From an uncultured Gammaproteobacteria bacterium (GTDB lineage: Bacteria > Patescibacteriota > Patescibacteriia > VMEV01 > CAYQCH01): DNA of 64,000 nucleotides. Within the stretch, counting starts at the first letter, position 1, and each line of letters begins with the position of its first letter. The notes below the pieces were generated by a model that saw only the letters and a program-made list of their open reading frames with translations, searched no databases and had not been told where the DNA came from. Positions 1-9,022 of the stretch are shown in pieces. The position numbers and the translations under genes were made by a program. The DNA lies in assembly GCA_964352335.1 (NCBI GenBank), contig CAYGRO010000003.1, forward strand, positions 24,798 through 88,797, read 5' to 3'.

Positions 1-833
1 CCAAGCTCATAATTAATACACATCAAATCAAAATACTTCCATAAAACATCTAAATGATCTGGCCTAATATTTGTAACTGTTACTGGATTTCCACAAAGAG
101 CTGCCAAAATTGCGAATGTCCCTGCTTCAATTCTATCTGGGATGATTTCTGTTTCACCACCTGATAAAGACTCAACCCCCTCTACAATAATTGTTGGTGA
201 ACCAGCACCTGTAATTTTTGCTCCGATAGAATTTAAATATTCAGCCATTGCCACAACTTCTGGCTCCATGGCAGCATTTTTAATTCTTGTTGTCCCTTCT
301 GCTAATACAGCCGCCATTAAAATAGCTTCTGTTCCTGTATGTGTCACCCATTTAAATGTATAATCTACAGCTTGCAATCTTTTTTCTGAAGTAATGACAT
401 AAGAATAGGGATTCGTTTTTACTTTAGCCCCCATCGAATAAAGAAAGTCTAATGTCATATCAATTGGTCTACGCCCGATTGAATCTCCACCTGGATGAGG
501 AAAATGCACTTCTTTAAATCTATGTAAAAGCGGAATAATAAATAAAAAAGATGCCCGCATTTTTGCGACCAACTCTACTGGCAATTTTCCGTCTTTAATC
601 GCGGCTGGTTCAATTTTAAGAGTTCTCTCATCTCTCGTTACTTTTCCACCTAATTCTGTTACAATATCAGACATCATTTGCACATCTAAAATTGCAGGAA
701 TATTTGTTAATGTACATGGTTCTGTACTTAATAAAGCGGCTGGAATCATTTTTAAAACATGGTTTTTAGCACCATAGACAGGAATTTCACCTTGCAATTC
801 TTGTTTTCCTTTGATAAGAAATGTATCTGACAT
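1..833 (-). CDS. murA: UDP-N-acetylglucosamine 1-carboxyvinyltransferase, N-terminal part; the C-terminus lies beyond the window edge
   Basis: My own minus-strand translation from the ATG at 831-833 reads MSDTFLIKGKQELQGEIPVYGAKNHVLKMIPAALL..., a typical MurA/EPSP-synthase-fold N-terminus. The ORF stays open to position 1. It is missing from the ORF track because it is truncated. Confidence 0.75.
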   Translation of the reverse strand, partial: MSDTFLIKGKQELQGEIPVYGAKNHVLKMIPAALLSTEPCTLTNIPAILDVQMMSDIVTELGGKVTRDERTLKIEPAAIKDGKLPVELVAKMRASFLFIIPLLHRFKEVHFPHPGGDSIGRRPIDMTLDFLYSMGAKVKTNPYSYVITSEKRLQAVDYTFKWVTHTGTEAILMAAVLAEGTTRIKNAAMEPEVVAMAEYLNSIGAKITGAGSPTIIVEGVESLSGGETEIIPDRIEAGTFAILAALCGNPVTVTNIRPDHLDVLWKYFDLMCINYEL

Positions 834-894
834 ATAATTAAATAAAGAGTTACACTGTTAATAACGGCAAAAAGCCTTAAATCTTACAAATAGC

Positions 895-2220
895 ATGACT
901 TTAACCCATCGAAGAATTTTAACATTTATCCTATTTTTATTGCTTATCTCTGTTGGCCCTGGCCTTATTTTTTATGGCGCTGGGTATAGAGTTAATATAA
1001 AACAAAAACGCATTGAACGCGTTGGACTTTTACATATTACAACAGATCCTGAAAATACGACAATTACCATAGATGGTCAATCTCACCCTATTTCAAACGA
1101 GCTTGTTTTGAGCAGTTTACAGCCAAAAGAATATGATATTGTCATTTCTAAAAATGAATACCATTCTTGGTATAAACGCTTAGAAATATTTCCTGGTGAA
1201 TCAACATTTATTCGTGATCTTCAGCTCTTTGTCGACAACCCCACGGAACTCATTACTTCTATTACACAAAACCCTGTCGAGCTTGCAACCACAAATGACT
1301 ATGCCTATTTTCAATCTGCTAATTCTTTAATGCAATTTGCATTTGCATCTGAAAAACTTACACAACACCCACTCGCCAACCAATTTGAAATTATTAATTT
1401 TCAAACAGATTCAAGTGGAAAAGCAGTCTTTTTACAAAATGCTATTTGGTATTATTTTGATGGATCAACTATTGCCCCACTAGATGTTAGATATCTAAAA
1501 GAAGATGTCAGTAAAATTTTTGTAGAAGGAAATCTTTTACATATCATTACTGAATCGGGAATTTATTCTGCATCTCCTCAAGAAGAGAATGCAAGTCTAA
1601 TCGTACAACAATCTTTTATACAAACACTTTTTGTTGCAAATACTCAATATTGGTTTATTGCCTATGAGCCATCAAAGAAACATAGTTTTTTGTATAAAGT
1701 TGTAAATGAACAATCACGCCCTGAATTAATAACTACATTACCCTACCAAGACCAGTATCTAATTAAAGAAAATTTTGATGGCTTTTTAACTCTTTCTTCT
1801 CCTGAAGAACTAAAAATTATTCTTGTTGATAGCAATACTTTACCCGCTATCACAGAAGAAATTCGTTCAATTAAAAACTGGCAATGGTCAAAAAACAGAA
1901 AACAACTATTGGTCGCAACTGATTTTGAATTATTGATCTTTCACTATAATGAAGCAAGAAGACAAGAATTATTGATGCGTCTTAGCAAACCGTTTTCTGA
2001 TGCCGCCTGGGAAACAAACGAAACCCATACATTCTATATTGCTGATGACCAATTGCAATTAGTCGAAAGAGATGAACGGTTCCAAAGAAATACAATCCTC
2101 CTAACAGAAAAGCTGCCTGAGTTACAAATCCTTGCAACTCCAATATCTGGTAAAACTATTTACTTAACCTCTATAAACTCAAATGGTGAGCTTTCAATTT
2201 TGAAACAAAACCTTAGATAG
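895..2220 (+). CDS. Hypothetical membrane-anchored protein with an N-terminal TM helix and a PEGA-like beta domain
   Basis: 441-aa ORF with an N-terminal hydrophobic segment. The motif ITTDPENTTITIDGQSHPISNELVLSSLQPKEYDIVISKNEYHSW resembles a PEGA domain. Confidence 0.45.
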   Translation: MTLTHRRILTFILFLLLISVGPGLIFYGAGYRVNIKQKRIERVGLLHITTDPENTTITIDGQSHPISNELVLSSLQPKEYDIVISKNEYHSWYKRLEIFPGESTFIRDLQLFVDNPTELITSITQNPVELATTNDYAYFQSANSLMQFAFASEKLTQHPLANQFEIINFQTDSSGKAVFLQNAIWYYFDGSTIAPLDVRYLKEDVSKIFVEGNLLHIITESGIYSASPQEENASLIVQQSFIQTLFVANTQYWFIAYEPSKKHSFLYKVVNEQSRPELITTLPYQDQYLIKENFDGFLTLSSPEELKIILVDSNTLPAITEEIRSIKNWQWSKNRKQLLVATDFELLIFHYNEARRQELLMRLSKPFSDAAWETNETHTFYIADDQLQLVERDERFQRNTILLTEKLPELQILATPISGKTIYLTSINSNGELSILKQNLR

Positions 2221-2223
2221 TCG

Positions 2224-3303
2224 TTATAATTCGACAAAAGTATTTTCCCCAATAACCAATTTATGGCCACTAGGAAGTGAGTGAATCGTTGAATGAACTG
2301 TACAGTTTTGACCTAAAATACTATCAACAATTCGTTCTTTTGTATCTATTGAAACACCATCCATTACAATAGAATGTTCAATTTCTGCTCGTTTAAAATT
2401 TGCATTATTTCCAATGGATGTATACGGACCGATATACGTATCTTCAATTATACAATTTTCACCAATAACAACTGGCCCACGAACTACAACATTTTTTCCA
2501 ATAACAGAACCTTTTCCAATTTGTACTAACCCTTGGATAATAGAATCTTCATGTACAGCTCCCTCAATTTTATGTTCAATTGTATGCATGACTAAACTAT
2601 TTCCCTCTAATAGTGCTTCTGGTTTTCCTGTATCTTTCCACCAACCAGTTACTTCGCTTACCGTCACTTTATGACCATTATCGATTAACCATTGGTGAGC
2701 AGGAGGTGGATAGTATTCGGCAATTGAACTATTCCCTTTTACTACAGGCTCTACATTTTCCATTGCCTCAAAAATTTCTGGACGATAAAAATAAATGGCC
2801 GTTACCGCTAAATTGCTAATAAATTCTTGTGGTTTTTCTACTGTTTTTGTAACAAGTCCATTTTCTACAACAGCTACTCCAAATCTTTCTGGATTATCTA
2901 CTTTTGTTACTAAAAGATGGGCAGCAGAATCTGATGCAAGAAATTCGTCATAATATTTTTTTATCCCGCCAGAAAGAATATTATCACCACCAAAAAGTAA
3001 AAAAGGTTCATTTCCTAATAATTCTTTGGCTAATAAAATTGGATACATCATTCCATTTGGTTCTGGTTGTTCAATATATTGAATGTTCAATCCCCATTTT
3101 GAACCATCTCCAATCGCATTGGGAATTTCTTTATCTCCTTTATTTAAATTGATAATCACATCTTTGATTCCACAGTCAGCAATATCATCTAAAACACGAA
3201 AAATCATGGGTTTCCCCGCGATCGGAATAAGATGTTTATTGATTGTATTGGTAATTGGCCGTAATCGAGTACCGCGACCACCAGCTAGGACAAGTGCTTT
3301 CAT
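2224..3303 (-). CDS. Sugar-phosphate nucleotidyltransferase, long glucose-1-phosphate thymidylyltransferase-like form with a C-terminal left-handed beta-helix
   Basis: The N-terminus MKALVLAGGRGTRLRPIT matches the G-x-G-T-R-L nucleotidyltransferase signature. The C-terminus has hexapeptide-repeat character. The gene sits next to rfbB. Confidence 0.75.
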   Translation of the reverse strand: MKALVLAGGRGTRLRPITNTINKHLIPIAGKPMIFRVLDDIADCGIKDVIINLNKGDKEIPNAIGDGSKWGLNIQYIEQPEPNGMMYPILLAKELLGNEPFLLFGGDNILSGGIKKYYDEFLASDSAAHLLVTKVDNPERFGVAVVENGLVTKTVEKPQEFISNLAVTAIYFYRPEIFEAMENVEPVVKGNSSIAEYYPPPAHQWLIDNGHKVTVSEVTGWWKDTGKPEALLEGNSLVMHTIEHKIEGAVHEDSIIQGLVQIGKGSVIGKNVVVRGPVVIGENCIIEDTYIGPYTSIGNNANFKRAEIEHSIVMDGVSIDTKERIVDSILGQNCTVHSTIHSLPSGHKLVIGENTFVEL

Positions 3304-3310
3304 ATAGATA

Positions 3311-3350
3311 TGATTCGAATAGACGAATTAATACTAATCTACGAATTTAC
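3311..3350. promoter_or_regulatory. Copy of the conserved AATCTACGAAT-containing ~35-nt motif, 5-45 nt upstream of the rmlA-like start codon
   Basis: The minus-sense sequence attcgtagattagtattaattcgtctattcgaatca matches copies at 20503-20590, 29771-29805, 30133-30175 and 30829-30866. Confidence 0.4.
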
Positions 3351-3395
3351 TGCGAATATACGAATAAAACCACAGAAAAGGCCTAATTGTCAACT

Positions 3396-3971
3396 CTAGA
3401 GCAAATGAGGGAAAGCTAACATTAGACAAGATAGGGTAAAACCATCTGTAATTTTTCCTGTTTGTACCAGTTCAAAGACTTGATCAATATCAAGTAATTC
3501 TACCGTCATCCCTTCTTCTGATTCATCTAATGTCGGTTCTGCAACCTTTTTACAACCAGAGATAAGATAAACCGTTGCGATATCATTTGAATGACCATTG
3601 GCAACATCAAACTCTCCAATGGGAAGATACGATTTACCTTCATACCCAGTTTCTTCTACTAACTCTTTTTTAATCACTTGTTCTGGTGTTGATGATAAAT
3701 CACCACCTCCTCCAGGCACCTCTAAAGAATCCCTTTGAGTCAAATATCTATACTGACGAACAAGAATAAGCTTCCTGTCTTCTGTTAATGCGATGGCTCC
3801 AACAGAAAAAACTTTCCCGACATAGAAGTAGTCGAATTTTTTTCCAGAATCAGTTTTTCCACTATCGTGTAAATAACTATACCAAGGGTTTTTATGTATT
3901 TCTTCCCTTTTTTCTAAACTCCATTTTGCTGTTTTTGATAATGGTTTTTGTTCTATAAGATCATCTGCCAT
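3396..3971 (-). CDS. NUDIX hydrolase
   Basis: Nudix box GGGGDLSSTPEQVIKKELVEETGY. The start was moved to the internal Met (MADDLIEQ) to remove an 89-bp overlap with rfbB. Confidence 0.6.
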   Translation of the reverse strand: MADDLIEQKPLSKTAKWSLEKREEIHKNPWYSYLHDSGKTDSGKKFDYFYVGKVFSVGAIALTEDRKLILVRQYRYLTQRDSLEVPGGGGDLSSTPEQVIKKELVEETGYEGKSYLPIGEFDVANGHSNDIATVYLISGCKKVAEPTLDESEEGMTVELLDIDQVFELVQTGKITDGFTLSCLMLAFPHLL

Positions 3972-4965
3972 ATTGATTTTTATACCATTCTTTATATGCT
4001 CCTGATTTAATTTTTTGCCACCATTCAGGATTGTTTTTATACCATTCAACAGTTTTTGCTAATCCCTCGTCAAAAGTAATAGAGGGATTCCATCCCATCG
4101 CTCGTAATTTACTTGAATCAACAGCATATCTTCTATCATGCCCAGGACGATCTTGAACATACTCAATTAATGATTCTGGCTTATCGAGCAATGAAAGAAT
4201 TTGTCTTGTTAGATCTAAGTTCGTTACTTCAGGCTCATTATCGGCTCCAACATTATAAATTTCTCCAGGCTTTCCTTCGTGCAAAACAAGGTCAATAGCA
4301 GAACAGTGATCATCTACATAAAGCCAATCACGAATTTGTTGCCCATCTCCATAAACAGGAACAGATTTGTCTTCGATGAGATTTGTAATGAACAAAGGGA
4401 TAATTTTTTCTGGATAGCAATACGGTCCGTAATTATTTGTGCATCTTGTAATCATTCCAGGAAAATCAAAGGTTCTATAAGCTGCGATGACTTGCACATC
4501 CCCACCAGCTTTAGAAGCTGAATAAGGACTACTTGGACGAATGGGAGAATCTTCTACCGCTTTTCCACCATTATCAAAATCACCATAAACTTCGTCTGTA
4601 GAAATCTGGAGATACTTTTTATGCCCAGCATCTCGAGCGGCTTGAATTAAGGCATAGGTTCCACGAACATCGGTATCAATAAAATCGAATGGATTTTGGA
4701 TTGACCGGTCTACATGTGTTTCTGCTGCAAAATTAATAATGACATCTACTTCATTTGCTAATTTACCTACGAGCTCATGATCAACGATATCACCTTTAAT
4801 AAATTTATATTGTTTATTGTTTTCAAAATCTGAAAGATTGTCTAAATTCCCCGCATACGTTAATTTATCAAAATTAAGAATATGATAATCGGGATATTTA
4901 TTTAACATATATCGAATAAAATTGGATCCGATAAAACCAGCTCCTCCAGTAACCATGATGCGCAT
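3961..4965 (-). CDS. rfbB: dTDP-glucose 4,6-dehydratase
   Basis: MRIMVTGGAGFIGSNF Rossmann motif, a YxxxK catalytic region (YSASKAG) and full-length similarity to the RmlB family. Confidence 0.85.
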   Translation of the reverse strand: MRIMVTGGAGFIGSNFIRYMLNKYPDYHILNFDKLTYAGNLDNLSDFENNKQYKFIKGDIVDHELVGKLANEVDVIINFAAETHVDRSIQNPFDFIDTDVRGTYALIQAARDAGHKKYLQISTDEVYGDFDNGGKAVEDSPIRPSSPYSASKAGGDVQVIAAYRTFDFPGMITRCTNNYGPYCYPEKIIPLFITNLIEDKSVPVYGDGQQIRDWLYVDDHCSAIDLVLHEGKPGEIYNVGADNEPEVTNLDLTRQILSLLDKPESLIEYVQDRPGHDRRYAVDSSKLRAMGWNPSITFDEGLAKTVEWYKNNPEWWQKIKSGAYKEWYKNQYGR

Positions 4966-4967
4966 AT

Positions 4968-5510
4968 CTACTTTTTCTTTAAATAATCAAGAAATCTATA
5001 AGCCCCAACCATGGTTGGTGCCCCAGTTAATTTACCTTGTTTTAGCATGTTTTCAAATACATTCAAAGAAACTGCTTCTATTTGGGATATTTCATCATCA
5101 ATAATAGCATTATCGATCTTTTCTAATCGTTCAGCCACATAAACAAAGGCCTTACGATTTGTGACGCCAGGAAGAAGAAAAAAACTCCCTAGTGATTTCC
5201 ATTTTTTTGCTTTTAAGCCAGTTTCTTCAAGTAATTCTCTTTTTGCTGACATTAATGGTGTTTCATTTCTATCAACCATTCCTGCTGGAACTTCCCATTG
5301 ATATTTTTTAATAGGGTGTCTAAAGTTTTTTACCAAATACACCAGTTTTTTCTTTCTATCAAAAGCAATAATGATAACACCTGCATTCGCGGTCATCACA
5401 TAATAGATTTGTTTTTTTCCTTTTGTATTTTCAAACCGATCTTCTCGTATTTGAAAATACGGATTTTTATGAATTGATTTGCTGCTAAGATTTTTTTTAG
5501 GTTTACCCAT
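4968..5510 (-). CDS. NUDIX hydrolase (ADP-ribose pyrophosphatase-like)
   Basis: Nudix box GMVDRNETPLMSAKRELLEETG. Confidence 0.65.
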   Translation of the reverse strand: MGKPKKNLSSKSIHKNPYFQIREDRFENTKGKKQIYYVMTANAGVIIIAFDRKKKLVYLVKNFRHPIKKYQWEVPAGMVDRNETPLMSAKRELLEETGLKAKKWKSLGSFFLLPGVTNRKAFVYVAERLEKIDNAIIDDEISQIEAVSLNVFENMLKQGKLTGAPTMVGAYRFLDYLKKK

Positions 5511-5518
5511 AGAAATAC

Positions 5519-5932
5519 CTATTGCAAGTTAGCTCGAATACTATTGGCCAATGTTTTTCCTTCTTCTAAATCTAAACTTCCTTTTCCATGCCAAGGAATA
5601 CGACCATCATTTTCAAATCGAGGCATAATATGTAAATGCGTATGATCAACACTTTGAGAAGCTACTTTTCCATTATTCACCCCAAGATTAAATCCCTTTG
5701 CATCCACAGATTTCATGATGGCTTTAGAAAGTTGAGGAATAATTCGCATTAAACTAGCCGCTACATCATCTAGGGTTTCTGAAAGCATTGGATAATGTTC
5801 TTTTGGAATCACAAGAGTATGCCCGTTATTTACAGGATTAACATCTAAAAACGCTAAGATTTCATCATCTTCATAAACTTTGATTGCAGGAATTTCATTC
5901 GCAACAATTTTACAAAAAAGACAATTTTCCAT
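5519..5932 (-). CDS. HIT-family (histidine triad) nucleotide hydrolase
   Basis: Contains the HxHxHxx motif (DHTHLHIMPR) and the N-terminal CLFCKI motif. Confidence 0.8.
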   Translation of the reverse strand: MENCLFCKIVANEIPAIKVYEDDEILAFLDVNPVNNGHTLVIPKEHYPMLSETLDDVAASLMRIIPQLSKAIMKSVDAKGFNLGVNNGKVASQSVDHTHLHIMPRFENDGRIPWHGKGSLDLEEGKTLANSIRANLQ

Positions 5933-5940
5933 AGATCTTA

Positions 5941-6567
5941 CTAGCTTAATAATAATGATTCTAGCTCTTTTGTATTATACAATAAATAATCAGGAGCGAC
6001 TTCTTTTAATTGTTCTTCTGTATTAAAGCCCCAAGTAACGGCAGCAGTTTGAACACCAACTTTTTTGCCTTCTTTTATATCACCAACAGTATCCGTAATG
6101 AAAAGTAACTCTTGTGGTTTAATTTTGAACTCTTCCAAAGCTAGTGCAATTTTTTTATCCTTATAAATAGAGACTTCCGGCCCCATATACATTGAAAAGA
6201 AAAGATCAATTTCTTCTCTCTCAAAAACAGGCATAATCAATGGAATAAAAGTGGAAGTATTAATAATCATAGGATACTGTTGTGCTAATTTCTGTAATGT
6301 TGATTTTATGTCATCGAATAAACTTAGATTATTGTAAGGCCCAATCAAGCCAGGTATTGAATCTTGCTTTACAGGAAGACTTGGGTCCACACCAATTTTA
6401 ACAAGAATATTCTCCCAAGAATTACCTTGAATAATTGAACGATATTCTTCTTGTGTAATGGTCTCGTTTGTTTTTTCAACTATAAAATTTTTTGCACTTT
6501 CAAAAGCATGTTCAAAAGAATCAATAATAGTTCCATCAACATCAAACATGAGTAATTTAGGTTTCAT
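5941..6567 (-). CDS. HAD-superfamily hydrolase
   Basis: N-terminal DVDGT HAD motif I (MFDVDGTIIDS). Confidence 0.65.
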   Translation of the reverse strand: MKPKLLMFDVDGTIIDSFEHAFESAKNFIVEKTNETITQEEYRSIIQGNSWENILVKIGVDPSLPVKQDSIPGLIGPYNNLSLFDDIKSTLQKLAQQYPMIINTSTFIPLIMPVFEREEIDLFFSMYMGPEVSIYKDKKIALALEEFKIKPQELLFITDTVGDIKEGKKVGVQTAAVTWGFNTEEQLKEVAPDYLLYNTKELESLLLS

Positions 6568-6667
6568 AAAATATCTACAGTTATTTTTTTAGAAAAATGC
6601 AGACCAAGTTTCCCCTAGTCTGCATCATCTGTATTTGTTTGACAAGCCTGAGTATCCTCACCCGAAG

Positions 6668-7951
6668 TTACCATTTTTTCTTTAGTTCTAGCTCGATTTC
6701 CATGAGTCTATTGTATTTTTCTACACGTTCTGACCGAGAAAGGCTTCCTGTTTTTATATATTCTGAATTTACGGCAACAGCAAGGTCCGCAATAGTTGTA
6801 TCCCCTGTTTCCCCTGAACGGTGAGAGATAATAACTTTATAACCATGTTTACGTGCTAATTTAATCGCATTCATGGTTTCTGTCATGGTTCCTATTTGAT
6901 TTACTTTAATCAAAATAGCATTTGCAACACCCATATCAATTCCTTTTTGCAAACGTTTTTCATTTGTCACAAAAAGATCGTCTCCAACAATTTGTACTTT
7001 TTTGCCCAATGCTTTTGTTAACTCGGCCCAATCTTCCCATTCACCTTCATCGAATGGATCTTCTAAAGAAATAATATGATACTTTTTAACCCATTCACCA
7101 AGCATTTTGATAATGGATTTTGCATTATGATACTTCTTCCCTGCTTTATCTTTTATTTTATAATCAAAGTCATACCCTTTTCCAATTTGGAAAAACTCAG
7201 AAGCAGCTAAATCTGAAGCAACAAAAACATCTTTTCCAGGTTTAAAGCCAGCGTCTTTAATCGCTTTAATAATATATTCCATGGCATGTTCATTGTTTTT
7301 AAGCGTTGGAGCAAAACCACCTTCATCTCCAACCAATGTCAAATAACCATCTTTGGCTAATAATGTTTTTAAGTGCTGGAATACTTCTACACCTTTCCAT
7401 ACACGCGACTCCATTGTTGGCCCTTTTGGCACAATCATGAACTCCTGAATTGATAATGGATTGTCTGCATGTTGCCCACCATTGATAATATTCATCATTG
7501 GTAAAGGAAACTTCCAACCAGTTGCTTTAACTCTATACATTGAACGCAAATGTTTATACAAAGGAATATTTTTCTGTTGCGCACCAGCTTTTGCACATGC
7601 AAGAGATACAGCTAAAATAGCATTGGCACCAAGATGTTTTTTATTATCAGTTCCGTCTAAATCAATCATTGCCTGATCAATTTGAGGTAACTTTGAAACA
7701 TCCATCCCTTTTAACTTTTTTTTGATGCTTTTATTCACATGCTCAACGGCTTTTTTTACACCTTTTCCATAAACTCGCTTTGCTTTATCTCGTAATTCCC
7801 AAGCCTCAAATGTACCTGTTGAAGCACCAGAAGGAACCGACGCATGAGCCATAGCCCCGCCTTGAAGAGTAACTTTCGCTTCAATTGTTGGCCAACCACG
7901 TGAATCGAGAATTTCTCTTGCTTTTATATCTTTAATTGCGAATTTATTCAT
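6668..7951 (-). CDS. eno: Enolase (phosphopyruvate hydratase)
   Basis: The sequence IKDIKAREILDSRGWPTIEAKV is a canonical enolase N-terminus. The likely true start is the internal MNKFAIKD, so the end was trimmed from 7975 to 7951. Confidence 0.9.
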   Translation of the reverse strand: MNKFAIKDIKAREILDSRGWPTIEAKVTLQGGAMAHASVPSGASTGTFEAWELRDKAKRVYGKGVKKAVEHVNKSIKKKLKGMDVSKLPQIDQAMIDLDGTDNKKHLGANAILAVSLACAKAGAQQKNIPLYKHLRSMYRVKATGWKFPLPMMNIINGGQHADNPLSIQEFMIVPKGPTMESRVWKGVEVFQHLKTLLAKDGYLTLVGDEGGFAPTLKNNEHAMEYIIKAIKDAGFKPGKDVFVASDLAASEFFQIGKGYDFDYKIKDKAGKKYHNAKSIIKMLGEWVKKYHIISLEDPFDEGEWEDWAELTKALGKKVQIVGDDLFVTNEKRLQKGIDMGVANAILIKVNQIGTMTETMNAIKLARKHGYKVIISHRSGETGDTTIADLAVAVNSEYIKTGSLSRSERVEKYNRLMEIELELKKKW

Positions 7952-7960
7952 AATATGACA

Positions 7961-8011
7961 CATGGTGCATGACATATGTGGGGTTTATTGCCCTATGTAT
8001 CATGCACCATG
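7961..8011. promoter_or_regulatory. Perfect 12-bp inverted repeat (catggtgcatga / tcatgcaccatg) with a 27-nt loop, 10 nt upstream of the eno start codon and just downstream of the SIMPL gene stop
   Basis: Read directly from the sequence. The same 17-mer atgtatcatgcaccatg recurs at 15737-15755, next to the tsf start. Confidence 0.4.
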
Positions 8012-8022
8012 TCTTATGGGAT

Positions 8023-8832
8023 TTATTTAACTTCGAAAACGATCGTTGCAGTTACATAAACATCTTGAGAGCCTGTTTCTAATTGTGGAGCAGGAACAGC
8101 AGTTTTTTGAACTGATTCAGCAGCCATGTCCATTGCACCACCGTAAAAAGGAACAGGATTATTTCCGTCATTTGAATATTCTGAGAAAGAAACAATTTTA
8201 CCTAGTTTCACACCAAGTGTTCTAGATAATTCATCTGCTTTTTGTTTTGCATTTTCTAACGCTTTTTGCCGAGCTTCTTCTCTATATTGTTCTGGTTCAT
8301 CAATAGTAAAGCTTAAACCACTAACTTGATTCGCACCACTATTACCAGCAGCTTGAATAACATCACCAGATTTTTCTAAGTCTCGAATAGTTACTTCTAC
8401 TGATTGTCGCACTTCATAACCATTAGAAACTCGTCCATTATCGGTATAATCATATAATGGGTTTACATTAAAGCTTGTTGTTTGCAGATCTTCTTCTTTG
8501 ATTCCTACTTCTTTTAAGGCAACCACAACTTGGTTAAATTGAGTAATATTTTCTTCTTGTGCTTCTTCAGCAGTATCTCGCTCTGTAACAATTGTCACAG
8601 TAACTTTTCCTAAATCAGGTTGAGCTGTAACTCTTCCCTCACCCATGATAGTAACAGTATCACGTTCTGTATCTAGTGTTCCTGTTGCCACCTTAATAAG
8701 CATGATAGAACCTGCAATTCCAAGCACAAGCAATGCCAATAAAATAAGATTGACTAACACTCCTGTAAAAGGATTGTTAAAATAGTTTTTCTTTTCCATA
8801 TTTTTTTGTTTAGACATAATTAATGATTTCAT
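8023..8832 (-). CDS. SIMPL-domain (DUF541) periplasmic protein with an N-terminal TM anchor
   Basis: N-terminal hydrophobic helix, followed by the segment GEGRVTAQPDLGKVTVTIV... typical of SIMPL/26-kDa periplasmic immunogenic proteins. Confidence 0.55.
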   Translation of the reverse strand: MKSLIMSKQKNMEKKNYFNNPFTGVLVNLILLALLVLGIAGSIMLIKVATGTLDTERDTVTIMGEGRVTAQPDLGKVTVTIVTERDTAEEAQEENITQFNQVVVALKEVGIKEEDLQTTSFNVNPLYDYTDNGRVSNGYEVRQSVEVTIRDLEKSGDVIQAAGNSGANQVSGLSFTIDEPEQYREEARQKALENAKQKADELSRTLGVKLGKIVSFSEYSNDGNNPVPFYGGAMDMAAESVQKTAVPAPQLETGSQDVYVTATIVFEVK

Positions 8833-8954
8833 TTATGTATTTGTATTATATCAAGAGTCAAGAAAACTACAAAGTTGCAAAATCGCACATCTACAAAAAA
8901 ATCCTTACCTTTTTGCAAATTTGCAATTTTGTCGTTTTGCAGTTTTTTACTAAC

Positions 8955-8992
8955 ATAAGTTTACGTATTTTCACTTTTGCCGTATAGTATTA
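8955..8992 (+). promoter_or_regulatory. Putative sigma-70-type promoter for hisS (TTTACG, 17-bp spacer, TATAGT)
   Basis: Hexamers read from the sequence about 30 nt upstream of the hisS ATG. The AT-rich divergent intergenic region also contains three TTGCAA repeats. Confidence 0.25.
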
Positions 8993-9022
8993 TTATCTAA
9001 ATGAGACTATTACCTAGCGTTT

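Noticed and set aside
3961-4049. 89-bp overlap between the NUDIX ORF (3396..4049) and rfbB
   Set aside because: It is resolved by using the internal Met (MADDLIEQ) as the NUDIX start. The long overlap is an ORF-caller artefact.
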